Shown here: one piece after another, positions 1 through 9,916 of the stretch | How positions within the stretch are numbered: the first letter of the stretch is position 1 | Layout of the letters: each line of letters opens with the position of its first letter | Source of the DNA: Chlamydiales bacterium | GTDB taxonomy: Bacteria; Chlamydiota; Chlamydiia; Chlamydiales; JBDQID01 | Reading direction: 5' to 3' | Assembly: GCA_047611865.1 (NCBI GenBank) | Contig: JBLFWS010000006.1 | Location: 1-43,470 of the forward strand | Length of the DNA stretch: 43,470 nucleotides | Notes under the pieces: generated by a model | What the model was told of the DNA's origin: nothing | The model's input: only the letters and a program-made list of their open reading frames with translations | Database searches by the model: none | Program-made: the position numbers and the translations under genes

Positions 1-106
1 AGATGTCGTAGGCCTTGCATAGGTCTGAACAGGTCTGGGTTCCTTGAAAATATTGCTTTATAAATTCTAATCTAACTTTTTCCACGCTTGTAGATCTCCA
101 TGTCAT
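1..106 (-). CDS. IS481-family transposase, N-terminal part (continues off the window)
   Basis: Minus strand reads GAGG RBS, then ATG at 106: MTWRSTSVEKVRLEFIKQYFQGTQTCSDLCKAYDI. This matches the MxW..S..E.R..F....LC..(Y/F).IS HTH start of IS481-family transposases. Not in the ORF track. Confidence 0.8.
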   Translation of the reverse strand, partial: MTWRSTSVEKVRLEFIKQYFQGTQTCSDLCKAYDI

Positions 107-228
107 AAGACACCTCATATTTGTTAAAGCATTGAGGTGAAAGAGTTTACACTATTTGTAACCTATGTGGTTAGTGAGTGTAACCTATGTACTTAGAGAG
201 TTTGTTACCTATGTGCTTAGATCATACC
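1..228 (-). mobile_element. Left end of an IS481-family insertion sequence
   Basis: Three direct repeats TGT(A/T)ACCTATGT(G/A)(G/C)TTAG at 157-174, 179-196 and 203-220 upstream of the transposase start, typical of the iterated transposase-binding sites of IS481 ends. The terminus is near 227-228. Confidence 0.75.
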
Positions 229-316
229 CCCTGGGGGCTCCATTTTAAACGCCTCTTTCCACGGGTTTCCTCGCAAGCTCGGTCACCCGAGGCTTTGATC
301 GGTCGTCCTTCGGACT
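227..316. repeat. REP-like multi-hairpin element
   Basis: CCCCCTGGGGG (227-237), a CCACGGGT...ACCCGAGG stem (259-292) enclosing CTCGCAAGCTCG, and a GTCCTTCGGAC hairpin (305-315). GC-rich within AT-rich intergenic DNA. Confidence 0.5.
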
Positions 317-460
317 CATGAATAGTAACAAAAAAAAACTTACCTCCACTTATGGTTGCACCCTCCATTGAGTTACACCCACAAAGCACTAGCAGGATGA
401 AGAAAATACATTACTTATGTTACACTCTTCCAATCAATAAAAATTGAGATTCTTCGTTTA

Positions 461-1504
461 ATGAAAAAAATTGCTATTCTTGGAGCTGGCTTGTCTGGCA
501 TTGCCACATGCTGGCACCTGCTTCAAGGTGAGAAAATCGAGATTACCCTATTTGATCCTAATGGAATTGCAGGAGGAGCTTCGGGGGTAGCACCTGGGCT
601 ACTGCATACGTTTTGTGGCCCTAAAGCCAAAAAACCCTGGAAGGCTGATATTGGATTTCAAGCCACCTGTGACCTCCTTAAAATTTCTTCTTTGCATCTT
701 GAGTCTGATGTTGCCGATTTTTCTGGTATATTTCGCCCTGCAGTCTCTGAAAAACAGCTTGAGAATTTCAAAAAGAGTCATGAGAAATACGAAAAACTTG
801 AATGGTGGAGCGATAAAACCTCATCTGAAAAGATTTCCGCCATATCGCCTCTCTCTGGTCTATTTATCAAAGACGGAATAGTTGTCAACTGCCGAAAATA
901 TCTCAAAGGTTTGTGGCTTGCCTGTGAAAATTTGGGGGCACGCCTAAATAAAAGAACTATTTTGTCCCTCGATGAGCTAGAGGAATTTGATAGCGTAGTA
1001 ATTGCCATGGGTGCTGCCACCAAAAAAATAAAAGAACTACACTCTGTTCCTTTTACTCCTATTAAAGGACAGTTACTCGAACTTTCCTGGCCAAAAAACC
1101 TCCCTCCCCTTCCTGTAGCCCTAAATTCCAAAGCCTACATTGTCATGAGTTCAAACAAGCAAAGCTGCATCGTTGGATCTACTTTTGAAAGAGATTTTAT
1201 AGATGAGAGTCCCGAACTTGTTGAGCATTTGCAAATTATTCGTGAAAATGCCGAAGCTCTTTACCCTCCCTTGAAAGAGATGAAAGTCATCGGTCATTTT
1301 GCTGGAATTCGGGCTTCAGCTTCAAAAAATCAGAACCGCCCTTTGGTCGGAAGAATGAATAAACGCTGCTGGCTAATTACAGGCATGGGCTCTAAGGGCC
1401 TTCTTTATCATGCCTGGTTGGGTAATCTTCTCAGTAAGGCTATACTTGCTGATAACGATGAATGCATTCCTCAAGAGTGCAAAAGAATAGTTCCCAAGCT
1501 TTAG
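461..1504 (+). CDS. FAD-dependent oxidoreductase, DAO/ThiO/MnmC-C-terminal-like
   Basis: N-terminal Rossmann motif IAILGAGLSG, GASGVAPGLLH, PIKGQ, C-terminal TGMGSKGLLY. Confidence 0.85.
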   Translation: MKKIAILGAGLSGIATCWHLLQGEKIEITLFDPNGIAGGASGVAPGLLHTFCGPKAKKPWKADIGFQATCDLLKISSLHLESDVADFSGIFRPAVSEKQLENFKKSHEKYEKLEWWSDKTSSEKISAISPLSGLFIKDGIVVNCRKYLKGLWLACENLGARLNKRTILSLDELEEFDSVVIAMGAATKKIKELHSVPFTPIKGQLLELSWPKNLPPLPVALNSKAYIVMSSNKQSCIVGSTFERDFIDESPELVEHLQIIRENAEALYPPLKEMKVIGHFAGIRASASKNQNRPLVGRMNKRCWLITGMGSKGLLYHAWLGNLLSKAILADNDECIPQECKRIVPKL

Positions 1505-1606
1505 ACTCTGGCTATCAAATTTTATTTTTACCTCTTGAGTTTTAGCCTGATTGCATGCTAAAGTACTACGAATATCCGTAAATAAATCGTTAAAATTGGA
1601 AATATC

Positions 1607-3496
1607 ATGAGTACTCAAGCGCCATTCACCCCCCACATACCAGCCGATCAAAAGGTTCCGGAGTTTACAGCTCGAGCAGTAGTTCTTGGGATTATCCTTG
1701 CGGTAGTCTTTGGTGCTGCCAACGCCTTCCTCGGGCTAAAAGTGGGTTTGACCGTATCAGCATCCATTCCAGCCGCTGTGACATCAATGGTCGTTCTTCG
1801 CACATTTTTCAAAAATGTTAGCATCCTTGAAAACAATATGGTTCAAACCATTGCTTCTGCCAGCGAAGCTCTCGCAGCCGGGGTTATTTTCACTATTCCT
1901 GCTTTCGCATTTTTGGGAGAACCCCTTCCCCTCTCACGGATAGCCCTATTATCTGTTTTAGGTGGTGTGCTTGGTGTTTTATTCATGATTCCTCTCCGCC
2001 GTTATCTCATTGTCGAAGAACATAACAACCTCCCCTATCCAGAAGGAACTGCTTGTGCCGAGATCCTTAAAGCTGGTGAGAAAGGTGGTAGCAGTGGCAT
2101 TGCAGTCCTCATTGGAAGTATTATAGGTCTAGGCCACAAATTCTGCATGGCTACCTTGCACCTCTGGGAAGAATCTACACGCTGGGTTTTGACCTTTTAC
2201 CAAAAAACTGTCGTAAGCCTTGAAGCTTCTACTGCTCTTATGGGTGTCGGCTTCATTATTGGACCACGCTACTCCGCTCTTACCCTGTCTGGTGGTGTCC
2301 TGGGATGGCTTGTCATTATTCCTTTGATCAAAATGTTTGGCCATGACTTCATTGACCCTAATACAAATGTTATGATTGCCGAGATGTCTGCTGAAGCGAT
2401 TTGGTCAAAATATGTCCGCTACATCGGAGCAGGTGCTATTGTTGTAGGTGGTATCATTGGCCTCTTACGCGCTACACCCGTTATCATCAAAGCCTTTGGT
2501 GTTGGGGTGAAAGAAATTTCCAATACATTTTCAAAATCAGACTCTAAGGAAAGTACTAAAGACCGTACTAGTGAAGACCTTCCAATGAGTTGGATACTAT
2601 GTGGTCTTGTTGCCATCATCCTTACCCTTTGGCTACTTCCAGGCAGCCCAATGAACCTCGTATCCGTAATACTCGTTGTCATTATTGGTTTCTTTTTTGT
2701 AACTGTATCCTCTCAAATTGTGGGATATGTAGGCAGCTCTGTCAACCCCGCCTCAGGTATGATTATTACAACGCTGCTTTTGATTACCTTATTATTTGTT
2801 TGCCTTGGCTGGACAGAATCTATTTACATGGTCGCCGCAATGACTGCCGGTAGTGTGGTAGGAATGGCTGTTTGTGTTGCTGGTGACACCTCTCAAGATT
2901 TAAAGACTGGATATCTTCTTGGTGCGACTCCCCGTCTCCAGCAAATTGGAGAAATCATTGGGGTCGTTGCAGCCGCTCTTGTTATGGGATTTGTTGTTTC
3001 ACTTTTAGATCAGGCTTATACCTTAGGCTCTGAGAAGTTATCAGCTCCCCAAGCAACCATGATGGCCATGATTGTCAAAGGGGTTATGCAGGGAAGCATC
3101 CCTTGGGACCTCGTTATTATCGGAATGATGATCGGTGTAATTTTAGAATTAACACTTTTACCAGTTCTTCCTTTTGCTATTGGCCTTTACCTTCCACTCT
3201 CCATGACAACACCTATTATGCTTGGTGGAATCGTAGCATTGCTTGTGAGTAAACTTTCTAAGAACCCCGAAGAAGACCGTAACCGTGGTATCTTAGTAGC
3301 TTCAGGTTTTGTTGCTGGAGATGCCCTGATGGGTGTAATAACGGCAATGGCTGTTGTTGCTGGGTGGGTTTCTCTTGACGCTCAACCAATGTTTGGCATG
3401 GAAGTCAGCCTAGCAATTCTTCTCGGTATTGCCATCTTTTTCGGCTGGTATTCTCTTGCTTCTTTGCGAGAAGAAGAAGAAGAGCCTGCTGAATAA
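1607..3496 (+). CDS. Oligopeptide transporter, OPT family
   Basis: Highly hydrophobic. Motifs GLKVGLTVSASIPAAV, LENNMVQT, LPYPEGTACAE, QDLKTGYLLGATP, APQATMM. Confidence 0.93.
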   Translation: MSTQAPFTPHIPADQKVPEFTARAVVLGIILAVVFGAANAFLGLKVGLTVSASIPAAVTSMVVLRTFFKNVSILENNMVQTIASASEALAAGVIFTIPAFAFLGEPLPLSRIALLSVLGGVLGVLFMIPLRRYLIVEEHNNLPYPEGTACAEILKAGEKGGSSGIAVLIGSIIGLGHKFCMATLHLWEESTRWVLTFYQKTVVSLEASTALMGVGFIIGPRYSALTLSGGVLGWLVIIPLIKMFGHDFIDPNTNVMIAEMSAEAIWSKYVRYIGAGAIVVGGIIGLLRATPVIIKAFGVGVKEISNTFSKSDSKESTKDRTSEDLPMSWILCGLVAIILTLWLLPGSPMNLVSVILVVIIGFFFVTVSSQIVGYVGSSVNPASGMIITTLLLITLLFVCLGWTESIYMVAAMTAGSVVGMAVCVAGDTSQDLKTGYLLGATPRLQQIGEIIGVVAAALVMGFVVSLLDQAYTLGSEKLSAPQATMMAMIVKGVMQGSIPWDLVIIGMMIGVILELTLLPVLPFAIGLYLPLSMTTPIMLGGIVALLVSKLSKNPEEDRNRGILVASGFVAGDALMGVITAMAVVAGWVSLDAQPMFGMEVSLAILLGIAIFFGWYSLASLREEEEEPAE

Positions 3497-3506
3497 CTCC
3501 GATGAT

Positions 3507-3581
3507 GGGGCGTGCCTTAATTTTTAAGGACACGCCTCTAATACACACAAACAATTTCAAGAGTCGAAATTGTTCGTGTAT
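3507..3581. terminator. Two adjacent hairpins between convergent genes (probable terminators)
   Basis: GGGGCGTGCCTTAA/TTAAGGACACGCCTC (3507-3538) and ATACAC..AACAATTTC/GAAATTGTT.GTGTAT (3541-3581). Confidence 0.5.
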
Positions 3582-3592
3582 ATAATCTTTGC

Positions 3593-4999
3593 TTAAGAGC
3601 TTTTCACTGAGTATTTTTTGAGTTTGTTATATAGGGTGGTGCGATCTATTCCGAGAATTTGTGCCGCTTGATTTTTATTTCCACTATTAGCTTTAAGAAC
3701 ACCTTCAATATGTTCTCTTTCAATGCTCTCAAGTGGAAAATTCTCTCCGATTTTGTTACTCACGGAGATTGGCAATCCGGGCTTTGCACTTATCCTTTGA
3801 CTAATCATTTCGCCAAGAAGAAATCGTAGATGTTCCACTTTGAGTAGCCCTTCGTGACATTCGAGGAGCAAGGTCCTTTCTATTACGTTCCGTAATTCAC
3901 GAACATTGCCAGGCCAAGGATAATTACATAAATCTTTCAGGGCATCTGGAGCAATATCTTGCACATGCCTTCCAAACTCCTTATTAAACACAGCGATAAA
4001 ATGCCTGACAAAACTTTCGATATCATCCTTTCTCTCTCTTAAAGGAGGAAGATTTATGGGCACAACGTTCAACCTGTAATAAAGATCTTCACGAAAAGTC
4101 CCTTCTGAAACGGCCTCTTCAAGATTTTTATTCGTCGCTGTGATCAGCCGGATATCCACCTCAATAAAGTCTGTGCCACCTACACGACGAATTTTACGTT
4201 CCTGTAAAGCGCGTAAAATTTTTGCCTGCATGGTGAGATCCATATCTCCAATTTCGTCAAGGAACAGCGTTCCTCCCGATGCAAATTCGAAAAGGCCTTT
4301 TTTTGTCTGCGTAGCTCCAGTAAAGGAACCAGCTTCATGACCAAAAAGTTCACTCTCTAAAAGTTCTGCTGTCAGTGCCGTAGCATTTACTTCTACGAAA
4401 GGTTTTTTTCTTCTTTCGCTAAGCTCATGAATACGTTGTGCTATGATCTCTTTTCCAGTGCCCGTTTCTCCATAAATAAATACTGTCGTCGAGGCACTTT
4501 TTGCTATGATATCCAAGCTCTCGTATATTTTCGCCATAGCTTTATTGGGGCCAAAAACATACTTCGATTCAAGATCGTGTCGAGATTTTTCTGAAAGAAA
4601 GTTCACCTGTTCTTTAAGGCTTTTACTTTCCAGAACTTTCGATACTCTAAATAAGAGCTCGTCAACACTAAAAGGCTTCAATACATAATCCGAAGCTCCC
4701 TTACGAATAGCTTCCACTGCTTGAGGTACATTCCCAAATGCTGTCATAAAAATGACGCGGGAGTCATTCGAAATCTTCTTTATCTCTTCGAAAAGGATTA
4801 AGCCATTGCTATCGGGAAGATGCACGTCTAGAAGAATAAGCTCTGGATTATGGCAAAGCCCTTTTCGATCTTTCAGCAATCCAAGTGCTGCAGAAGCTGA
4901 ATCCGCTTGAAAAACCTCATAGCCCACCCCGGTAAAGAGTACTGAAAGAGAGGCCAATATACTTATTTCATCATCGATGATCAGAACCTTAGTTTTCAT
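3593..4999 (-). CDS. Sigma-54-dependent response regulator (NtrC/AtoC family: REC-AAA+-Fis HTH)
   Basis: Receiver motifs IIDDE, LLDVHLPD, KPF. Walker A GETGTGKE, ESELFGHE.GSFTGA loop, Walker B TLFLDEIG, FREDLYYRL, WPGNVREL. HTH AAQILGIDRTTLYNKLKKY. Confidence 0.95.
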   Translation of the reverse strand: MKTKVLIIDDEISILASLSVLFTGVGYEVFQADSASAALGLLKDRKGLCHNPELILLDVHLPDSNGLILFEEIKKISNDSRVIFMTAFGNVPQAVEAIRKGASDYVLKPFSVDELLFRVSKVLESKSLKEQVNFLSEKSRHDLESKYVFGPNKAMAKIYESLDIIAKSASTTVFIYGETGTGKEIIAQRIHELSERRKKPFVEVNATALTAELLESELFGHEAGSFTGATQTKKGLFEFASGGTLFLDEIGDMDLTMQAKILRALQERKIRRVGGTDFIEVDIRLITATNKNLEEAVSEGTFREDLYYRLNVVPINLPPLRERKDDIESFVRHFIAVFNKEFGRHVQDIAPDALKDLCNYPWPGNVRELRNVIERTLLLECHEGLLKVEHLRFLLGEMISQRISAKPGLPISVSNKIGENFPLESIEREHIEGVLKANSGNKNQAAQILGIDRTTLYNKLKKYSVKSS

Positions 5000-5029
5000 G
5001 GCCTCTCCTTTAGTTGAAACAATCTAGTT

Positions 5030-6217
5030 TTATTTTGATGCCTGGCCTGCAAGTGGTGCTTCAGTTTTCGCTTTATAGAAAAACTTAGGCCGAATAATGG
5101 GCGTTCCTTTCCCATTTCTAGCTTCTTCCCTTTCGTACACTATTTGAAAAGCAATACCCACACATCTAGAGAGGCCGAACATTACGGTAAAGTATTCCGG
5201 ATAGTCGAAATCCACAGCAGCCAGCAAAGTTCCTGATATTGCGTCCACGTTAGGATAAGGGTTCTGAATTTTGGGATTCTCTTTCAGTACTTTTGTTCCC
5301 TCGGTCCTCAATAGGCTAGCGACCTTTACAAGTGGGTGATCCGGGCGCATATCCTGGCCCGCTTGGTAGAGAACCGTAGCTCTCGGATCTTCTACACGTA
5401 GTACCGCATGCCCAAAACCAAATACCAGTTCTTTGTTTTCCAAACGCTTCCGCACAAGGCCTTCAATTTTCTCTGCTGTAACATCATCCCCAAGTTCATT
5501 TTGAACTTGTTTCACGAAGTCGAGGCAATCCTGATTAGCCTTTCCGTGGCGGGGTCCTGCCAATCCACACATCGCTGCGGAAAGAGAGCCGTATAAATCT
5601 TCCAGACCGGAGGCTACGGCTTTTCCTACGAATGCTGAAAGGTTTCCTCCGCCATGATCGTAATGAAGAACATTAAAGAGCCTAAACACTCGAGTGAGCT
5701 CTTCTTTATTCGCATCTGGGACATTAAGCATTTGTGAGAAGTTTTCCATATACCCCAGTTCTGGTTTAGAGGGATTACATTCCCCCCATCCAGCATGGTG
5801 ATGGATAACATTGGCCACAATTTCCGGCATTTTGGCGACTACATTCAGGCTGTCCTCGCTATAATTTCCCGTTCCCTCCAAAGCACCGCATATGAGTAAT
5901 GCGCAGCTAAAAAGCTTCATCGGGTGAGCTTCTCTAGGCAGATTTCTGATATGTTCAATTGTCTTCTCTGAACACTTAGATCTCTTTTTGATCTCTTCGT
6001 AGAAATTTTGGACATCTGCTTCACTACCCTGCTGTCCTGTCCTGAGCAGGTAGATAACCTCTTCTGGATTCCAGTGAGCTATTTCAGATAATGGACGCCC
6101 ACTATAATACAGGCCCTTCACCGGATCTACGCTTGAGGAAGTACAGTAACCTACGGGAAAGCCTCGCATGCCTGTTTCTAAATGATCCTTTGTTACTTCA
6201 AAAATCACTTCCTGCAT
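5030..6217 (-). CDS. gltA: Citrate synthase
   Basis: DHGGGNLSA, LAGPRHGKANQ, GFGHAVLR, YPNVDAISG, IIRPK. Start overlaps the mdh stop (TAATG). Confidence 0.92.
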   Translation of the reverse strand: MQEVIFEVTKDHLETGMRGFPVGYCTSSSVDPVKGLYYSGRPLSEIAHWNPEEVIYLLRTGQQGSEADVQNFYEEIKKRSKCSEKTIEHIRNLPREAHPMKLFSCALLICGALEGTGNYSEDSLNVVAKMPEIVANVIHHHAGWGECNPSKPELGYMENFSQMLNVPDANKEELTRVFRLFNVLHYDHGGGNLSAFVGKAVASGLEDLYGSLSAAMCGLAGPRHGKANQDCLDFVKQVQNELGDDVTAEKIEGLVRKRLENKELVFGFGHAVLRVEDPRATVLYQAGQDMRPDHPLVKVASLLRTEGTKVLKENPKIQNPYPNVDAISGTLLAAVDFDYPEYFTVMFGLSRCVGIAFQIVYEREEARNGKGTPIIRPKFFYKAKTEAPLAGQASK

Positions 6218-7233
6218 TATGATCTCTCCATTGCTGTTTGAGGATTAGTAAGATCTGCCACTAGGTCACGCTCTTCCAGTAGCTCGTTTTCAGTCTTTTT
6301 AATTTTTTCTTTCAGGCTATCGTTCCATTCTACACCTGCAACGATTTCATATTTCCCATCACCATTGGAACGGCAAGGAAAGGAAAATATCAAATTTTCT
6401 TTAATACCATAAGGGTTTCCGTCTGTGCAAACAGCAGTAGAAAACCATTCCCCTGGAGGAGTAGGAACTGTTAAAGCTTTGACTCCGTCCATTATCGCGT
6501 TTGCTGCAGAAGCTGCGGAGGACTTTCCACGTGCCGCTATGATTGCAGCACCTCTTTTCTGCACTGTTTCTATAAAGTCACCTTCTAACCACTTATGGTC
6601 GCTGATCACTTCCGGAACATTCTTACCATTAATTTTAGCGTTGTAGAAATCTGGAACCTGTGTGGCAGAGTGATTTCCCCAGATTGTCATATTCGTGACT
6701 GAGGTAAGGGGAACTCCGGCTTTTACTGCCAGCTGGTTTACAGCCCGGTTTTCATCAAGACGTGTCATCGCATGGAAGTTTTCACGGGGTATTTTTGGAG
6801 CGTTGTTCATAGCAATCATAGCGTTTGTATTGCATGGGTTGCCTACTACGAAAACTTTCACATCTGGAGAGGCTACCTCATTAAGAGCTCTTCCCTGTGC
6901 TACAAATATTTTCCCATTTTCGGTAAGAAGATCACCTCGTTCCATACCAGGGCCCCTGGGTTTTGCTCCGACGAGAAGAGCCCAATCTACATCTTTAAAT
7001 ACTTCCCTGGGGTCGCTACCTACAATAAGTTCTTGAAGAAGGGGGAAAGCGCAATCATCGAGCTCCATCGCCACACCTTTCAGGGCTTCTAGTGCTTGCG
7101 GAATTTCCAGAATATGCAAGGCTACAGGTTGGTCAGCTCCTAGCATTTCTCCACTGGCAATACGAAATAGCAAGTTATAAGCTATCTGTCCGGCTCCGCC
7201 AGTAACGGCCACTCTCTGTAGAGATTTTGTCAT
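6217..7233 (-). CDS. mdh: Malate dehydrogenase (MDH type 2)
   Basis: [56 protein letters not shown]. Confidence 0.96.
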   Translation of the reverse strand: MTKSLQRVAVTGGAGQIAYNLLFRIASGEMLGADQPVALHILEIPQALEALKGVAMELDDCAFPLLQELIVGSDPREVFKDVDWALLVGAKPRGPGMERGDLLTENGKIFVAQGRALNEVASPDVKVFVVGNPCNTNAMIAMNNAPKIPRENFHAMTRLDENRAVNQLAVKAGVPLTSVTNMTIWGNHSATQVPDFYNAKINGKNVPEVISDHKWLEGDFIETVQKRGAAIIAARGKSSAASAANAIMDGVKALTVPTPPGEWFSTAVCTDGNPYGIKENLIFSFPCRSNGDGKYEIVAGVEWNDSLKEKIKKTENELLEERDLVADLTNPQTAMERS

Positions 7234-7346
7234 TTGAATTTCTCCTGTTCTATAGAAGTGAAATTTAAAATAGTCATGCTATTCCGTCAGCAGATTTAGT
7301 GCAAGAAGCCTAAAATCTCGAATCTATCACTTAGAATTTAAGACGT

Positions 7347-7376
7347 TTGAGATTAAATCATTTTCTATGGTATACT
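7347..7376 (+). promoter_or_regulatory. Putative sigma-70/sigma-66 promoter for queE-queC
   Basis: TTGAGA-N18-TATACT with an extended TG motif, 37 nt before the queE ATG. Confidence 0.5.
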
Positions 7377-7413
7377 CTCTTTTCTGAATGCTTAATCCAA
7401 GTAAAATAATATT

Positions 7414-8088
7414 ATGTATAAAACCGAGACCCTTTGCGAAAATAAATCTCTAAACATCACAGAAGTATTTACTTCTGTTCAGGGAGAGACCAGCTTTACC
7501 GGACTTCCGACTACCTTTATTCGTCTTGCCCTCTGCAATCTCCGCTGCAGATGGTGTGATACGAGCTATTCTTTTTCCAGAGGAAAAGAATTTACCCTCG
7601 ATGCTTTACTTGAGAATGTGAAGTCAGATGGAGTACGACATATCTGTATCACCGGTGGAGAGCCTCTTTTACAAAAAAATGTTTACCCTTTAATGACGAC
7701 TCTCTGTGACCTGGGTTATGTCGTAAGTATAGAGACAGGAGGAGGTATGAGTACTGAGGCCATAGACCCTCGTGTTCATACGATACTTGATATCAAATGT
7801 CCTGGTAGCGATATGGATCATAAAAATACTTGGGAAAACCTAGGCAGGCTACGCCCCCATGATGAAGTCAAGTTTGTGCTCAGCCATCGGGAAGACTATC
7901 TTTGGGCAAAAGACATTTGTGAACGCTACGACCTAAGTACCAAAGTTCATTCCGTTTTATTTTCCCCTACCCACGACGAACTCCCAGCTGAAGACCTTGT
8001 TGGCTGGATCCTGGAGGATCGTTTACCCGTACGGCTGAATCTACAAGTGCATAAGTTTATCTGGCCGAAAACGATGAAAGGAGTTTGA
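7414..8088 (+). CDS. queE: 7-carboxy-7-deazaguanine synthase (radical SAM)
   Basis: EVFTSVQGE, CNLRCRWCDT (CxxxCxxC), ITGGEPLLQ, LNLQVHK. Adjacent to queC. Confidence 0.93.
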   Translation: MYKTETLCENKSLNITEVFTSVQGETSFTGLPTTFIRLALCNLRCRWCDTSYSFSRGKEFTLDALLENVKSDGVRHICITGGEPLLQKNVYPLMTTLCDLGYVVSIETGGGMSTEAIDPRVHTILDIKCPGSDMDHKNTWENLGRLRPHDEVKFVLSHREDYLWAKDICERYDLSTKVHSVLFSPTHDELPAEDLVGWILEDRLPVRLNLQVHKFIWPKTMKGV

Positions 8089-8090
8089 CA

Positions 8091-8774
8091 ATGAAAGCTG
8101 TAGTATTACTTAGTGGGGGGCTAGATTCCACCGTCTTACTTTCCCTCGCTATTTCTGCGGGCCGAGAATGCCATGCCTTAAGTTTCGACTATGGACAACG
8201 TCACCGCATTGAATTAGAATCTGCCAAGGCTGTAGCGAAGCATTATTCCATAAAACATAGCATTATCTCCATCGACAGTAATGCTTTCGGAAACTCCTCC
8301 CTTGTTTCAGATTTATCTGTTCCCAAAAACCGCACAGCAGAAGAAATGGGTTGTGGTATCCCCAACACTTATGTTCCTGCAAGGAACACTCTTTTTCTTG
8401 CTTATGCTACAGGAAAAGCCGAGCTAATCGGCGCAGAGGAAATTTACATCGGCGTCAATGCAATGGACAGATCGGGATATCCCGACTGCCGTCCAGAATA
8501 TCTTGCTGCATTTCAGTCTCTGTTAAATCTTTCCACAAGGCAAGCCATTGAAGGTCGTGCCCCAAAGCTCATGTCTCCTCTGGCAGACTTAGACAAGACT
8601 GCCATCATTTCCCGAGGGCAATCCTTGGATGCACCTATCCATCTCAGCCTGAGTTGCTACGATCCTGCTAGTGATGCCACCCATTGTGGTGAATGCGATG
8701 CCTGTATTCTACGACAAAAAGGTTTTGTGAAGGCTCGTGTTTCTGACCCGACCCGTTGGGCTGTAAAGAACTAA
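8091..8774 (+). CDS. queC: 7-cyano-7-deazaguanine synthase
   Basis: SGGLDS, FDYGQRH, TYVPARN, GYPDCRPE, CGECDAC. ATG at 8091 with AAGGAG RBS is preferred over TTG 8085. Confidence 0.95.
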   Translation: MKAVVLLSGGLDSTVLLSLAISAGRECHALSFDYGQRHRIELESAKAVAKHYSIKHSIISIDSNAFGNSSLVSDLSVPKNRTAEEMGCGIPNTYVPARNTLFLAYATGKAELIGAEEIYIGVNAMDRSGYPDCRPEYLAAFQSLLNLSTRQAIEGRAPKLMSPLADLDKTAIISRGQSLDAPIHLSLSCYDPASDATHCGECDACILRQKGFVKARVSDPTRWAVKN

Positions 8775-8799
8775 GACAGCCCAAGGAACAGTCTTAGAA

Positions 8800-9849
8800 T
8801 CAGGCTATAGCCGTATAAACAGACCATGAAAAATACAAGAGGTATAGCCCCAACAAGACATAGCCGGTTTTGTAATCCATTGTCCAGTTTCTGAGATACA
8901 GTGAAAAGAAACTGGCAATAACCGTTCCGAATAGAAGAATTACTGAAATATAGAGATCCTCAGTTGCAACATACACTCCATTACCGGTTATACACATGTA
9001 AAGGAAAAAAGGCAGTCCCAGTCCGATGAGAATATCAAAAATATTCGAACCTACTGCATTACTAATAGCCATCCCCCCTTTCCCTTTTTTAGCTACGAGG
9101 TATGACGAAACCAGGTCGGGAACGGATGTACCAATAGCAAGAACTGTGAGGCCAATGATAACCTCTGGAACATTCAGGATGTGAGCGATCGCGACACCAC
9201 TTTCCACAAGAATCCAACTCAAAAAACCAATATAAAATACAGAAACCCCAAAGACCGCATAATAACGCTCATTAGAGGGAAAACCCTTCTCTATGTATGT
9301 GTCTATTGTAGTCCATACCTGATGGATATCAACTTTTCCATCTTCGAGATTAGCTTCACCATTTTCTCCATCATCTTCGTAATGAAAAAACTTTCGCCAA
9401 AACAGTACAACGATGATGTAAACCACATAGGTTCCCATCAGAAAGACTGTTTCAATAAGGGTAACATGTCCATCGTGGAAAAAAGCCACCAACAAAATGA
9501 TTGAAACTGCATAAAATAAAGAGTCCCTAACAACGGGTTGCCAGGAAACCACTGATTTTTTTACAGAAGCTGCCACACCAACAATAACCAAAATATTAAA
9601 AAGAGCAGATCCAACGATTGTACCTACTCCTACGATGGCGTGATCACCAGGTTTAAATATAGCAGCCATAGCAACAAAAAGTTCCGGAGCACTAGAGCCT
9701 ATAGCCATTAAAGTTGCCCCGGCCATATCAGACGACAAATTGAAACGATCGGCAATCTTTTCGAGGGAAACAACGAAATGCTCATCACTAATTCGAGCAA
9801 GTAAGTAGAACGAAACGAGCAGAACCAGTGACCAGAATAGAAGCATCAT
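8800..9849 (-). CDS. Calcium/sodium antiporter (CaCA, YrbG-like)
   Basis: Two alpha-repeats, GATLMAIGSSAPE...GSALFN and GLTVLAIGTSVPD...GSNIFD. About 10 TM helices. Confidence 0.92.
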   Translation of the reverse strand: MMLLFWSLVLLVSFYLLARISDEHFVVSLEKIADRFNLSSDMAGATLMAIGSSAPELFVAMAAIFKPGDHAIVGVGTIVGSALFNILVIVGVAASVKKSVVSWQPVVRDSLFYAVSIILLVAFFHDGHVTLIETVFLMGTYVVYIIVVLFWRKFFHYEDDGENGEANLEDGKVDIHQVWTTIDTYIEKGFPSNERYYAVFGVSVFYIGFLSWILVESGVAIAHILNVPEVIIGLTVLAIGTSVPDLVSSYLVAKKGKGGMAISNAVGSNIFDILIGLGLPFFLYMCITGNGVYVATEDLYISVILLFGTVIASFFSLYLRNWTMDYKTGYVLLGLYLLYFSWSVYTAIA

Positions 9850-9916
9850 CAGCTTACCTTACGATATGCAGTTAGTTATAATTTTAACATATAGACAGCT
9901 CAATGTCCAACTGAGC

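Noticed and set aside
157..220. Three direct repeats as a possible CRISPR array or iterons
   Set aside because: The spacers are only 4-6 bp and the repeats sit directly upstream of an IS481-type transposase start, so they are IS end sites.
7414..8774. queE-queC as a 7-deazaguanine DNA-modification or QatABCD-type defence system
   Set aside because: Both proteins are canonical in size and motifs, and no dpdA, TatD, ATPase or nuclease gene is adjacent. This is ordinary preQ0 biosynthesis.
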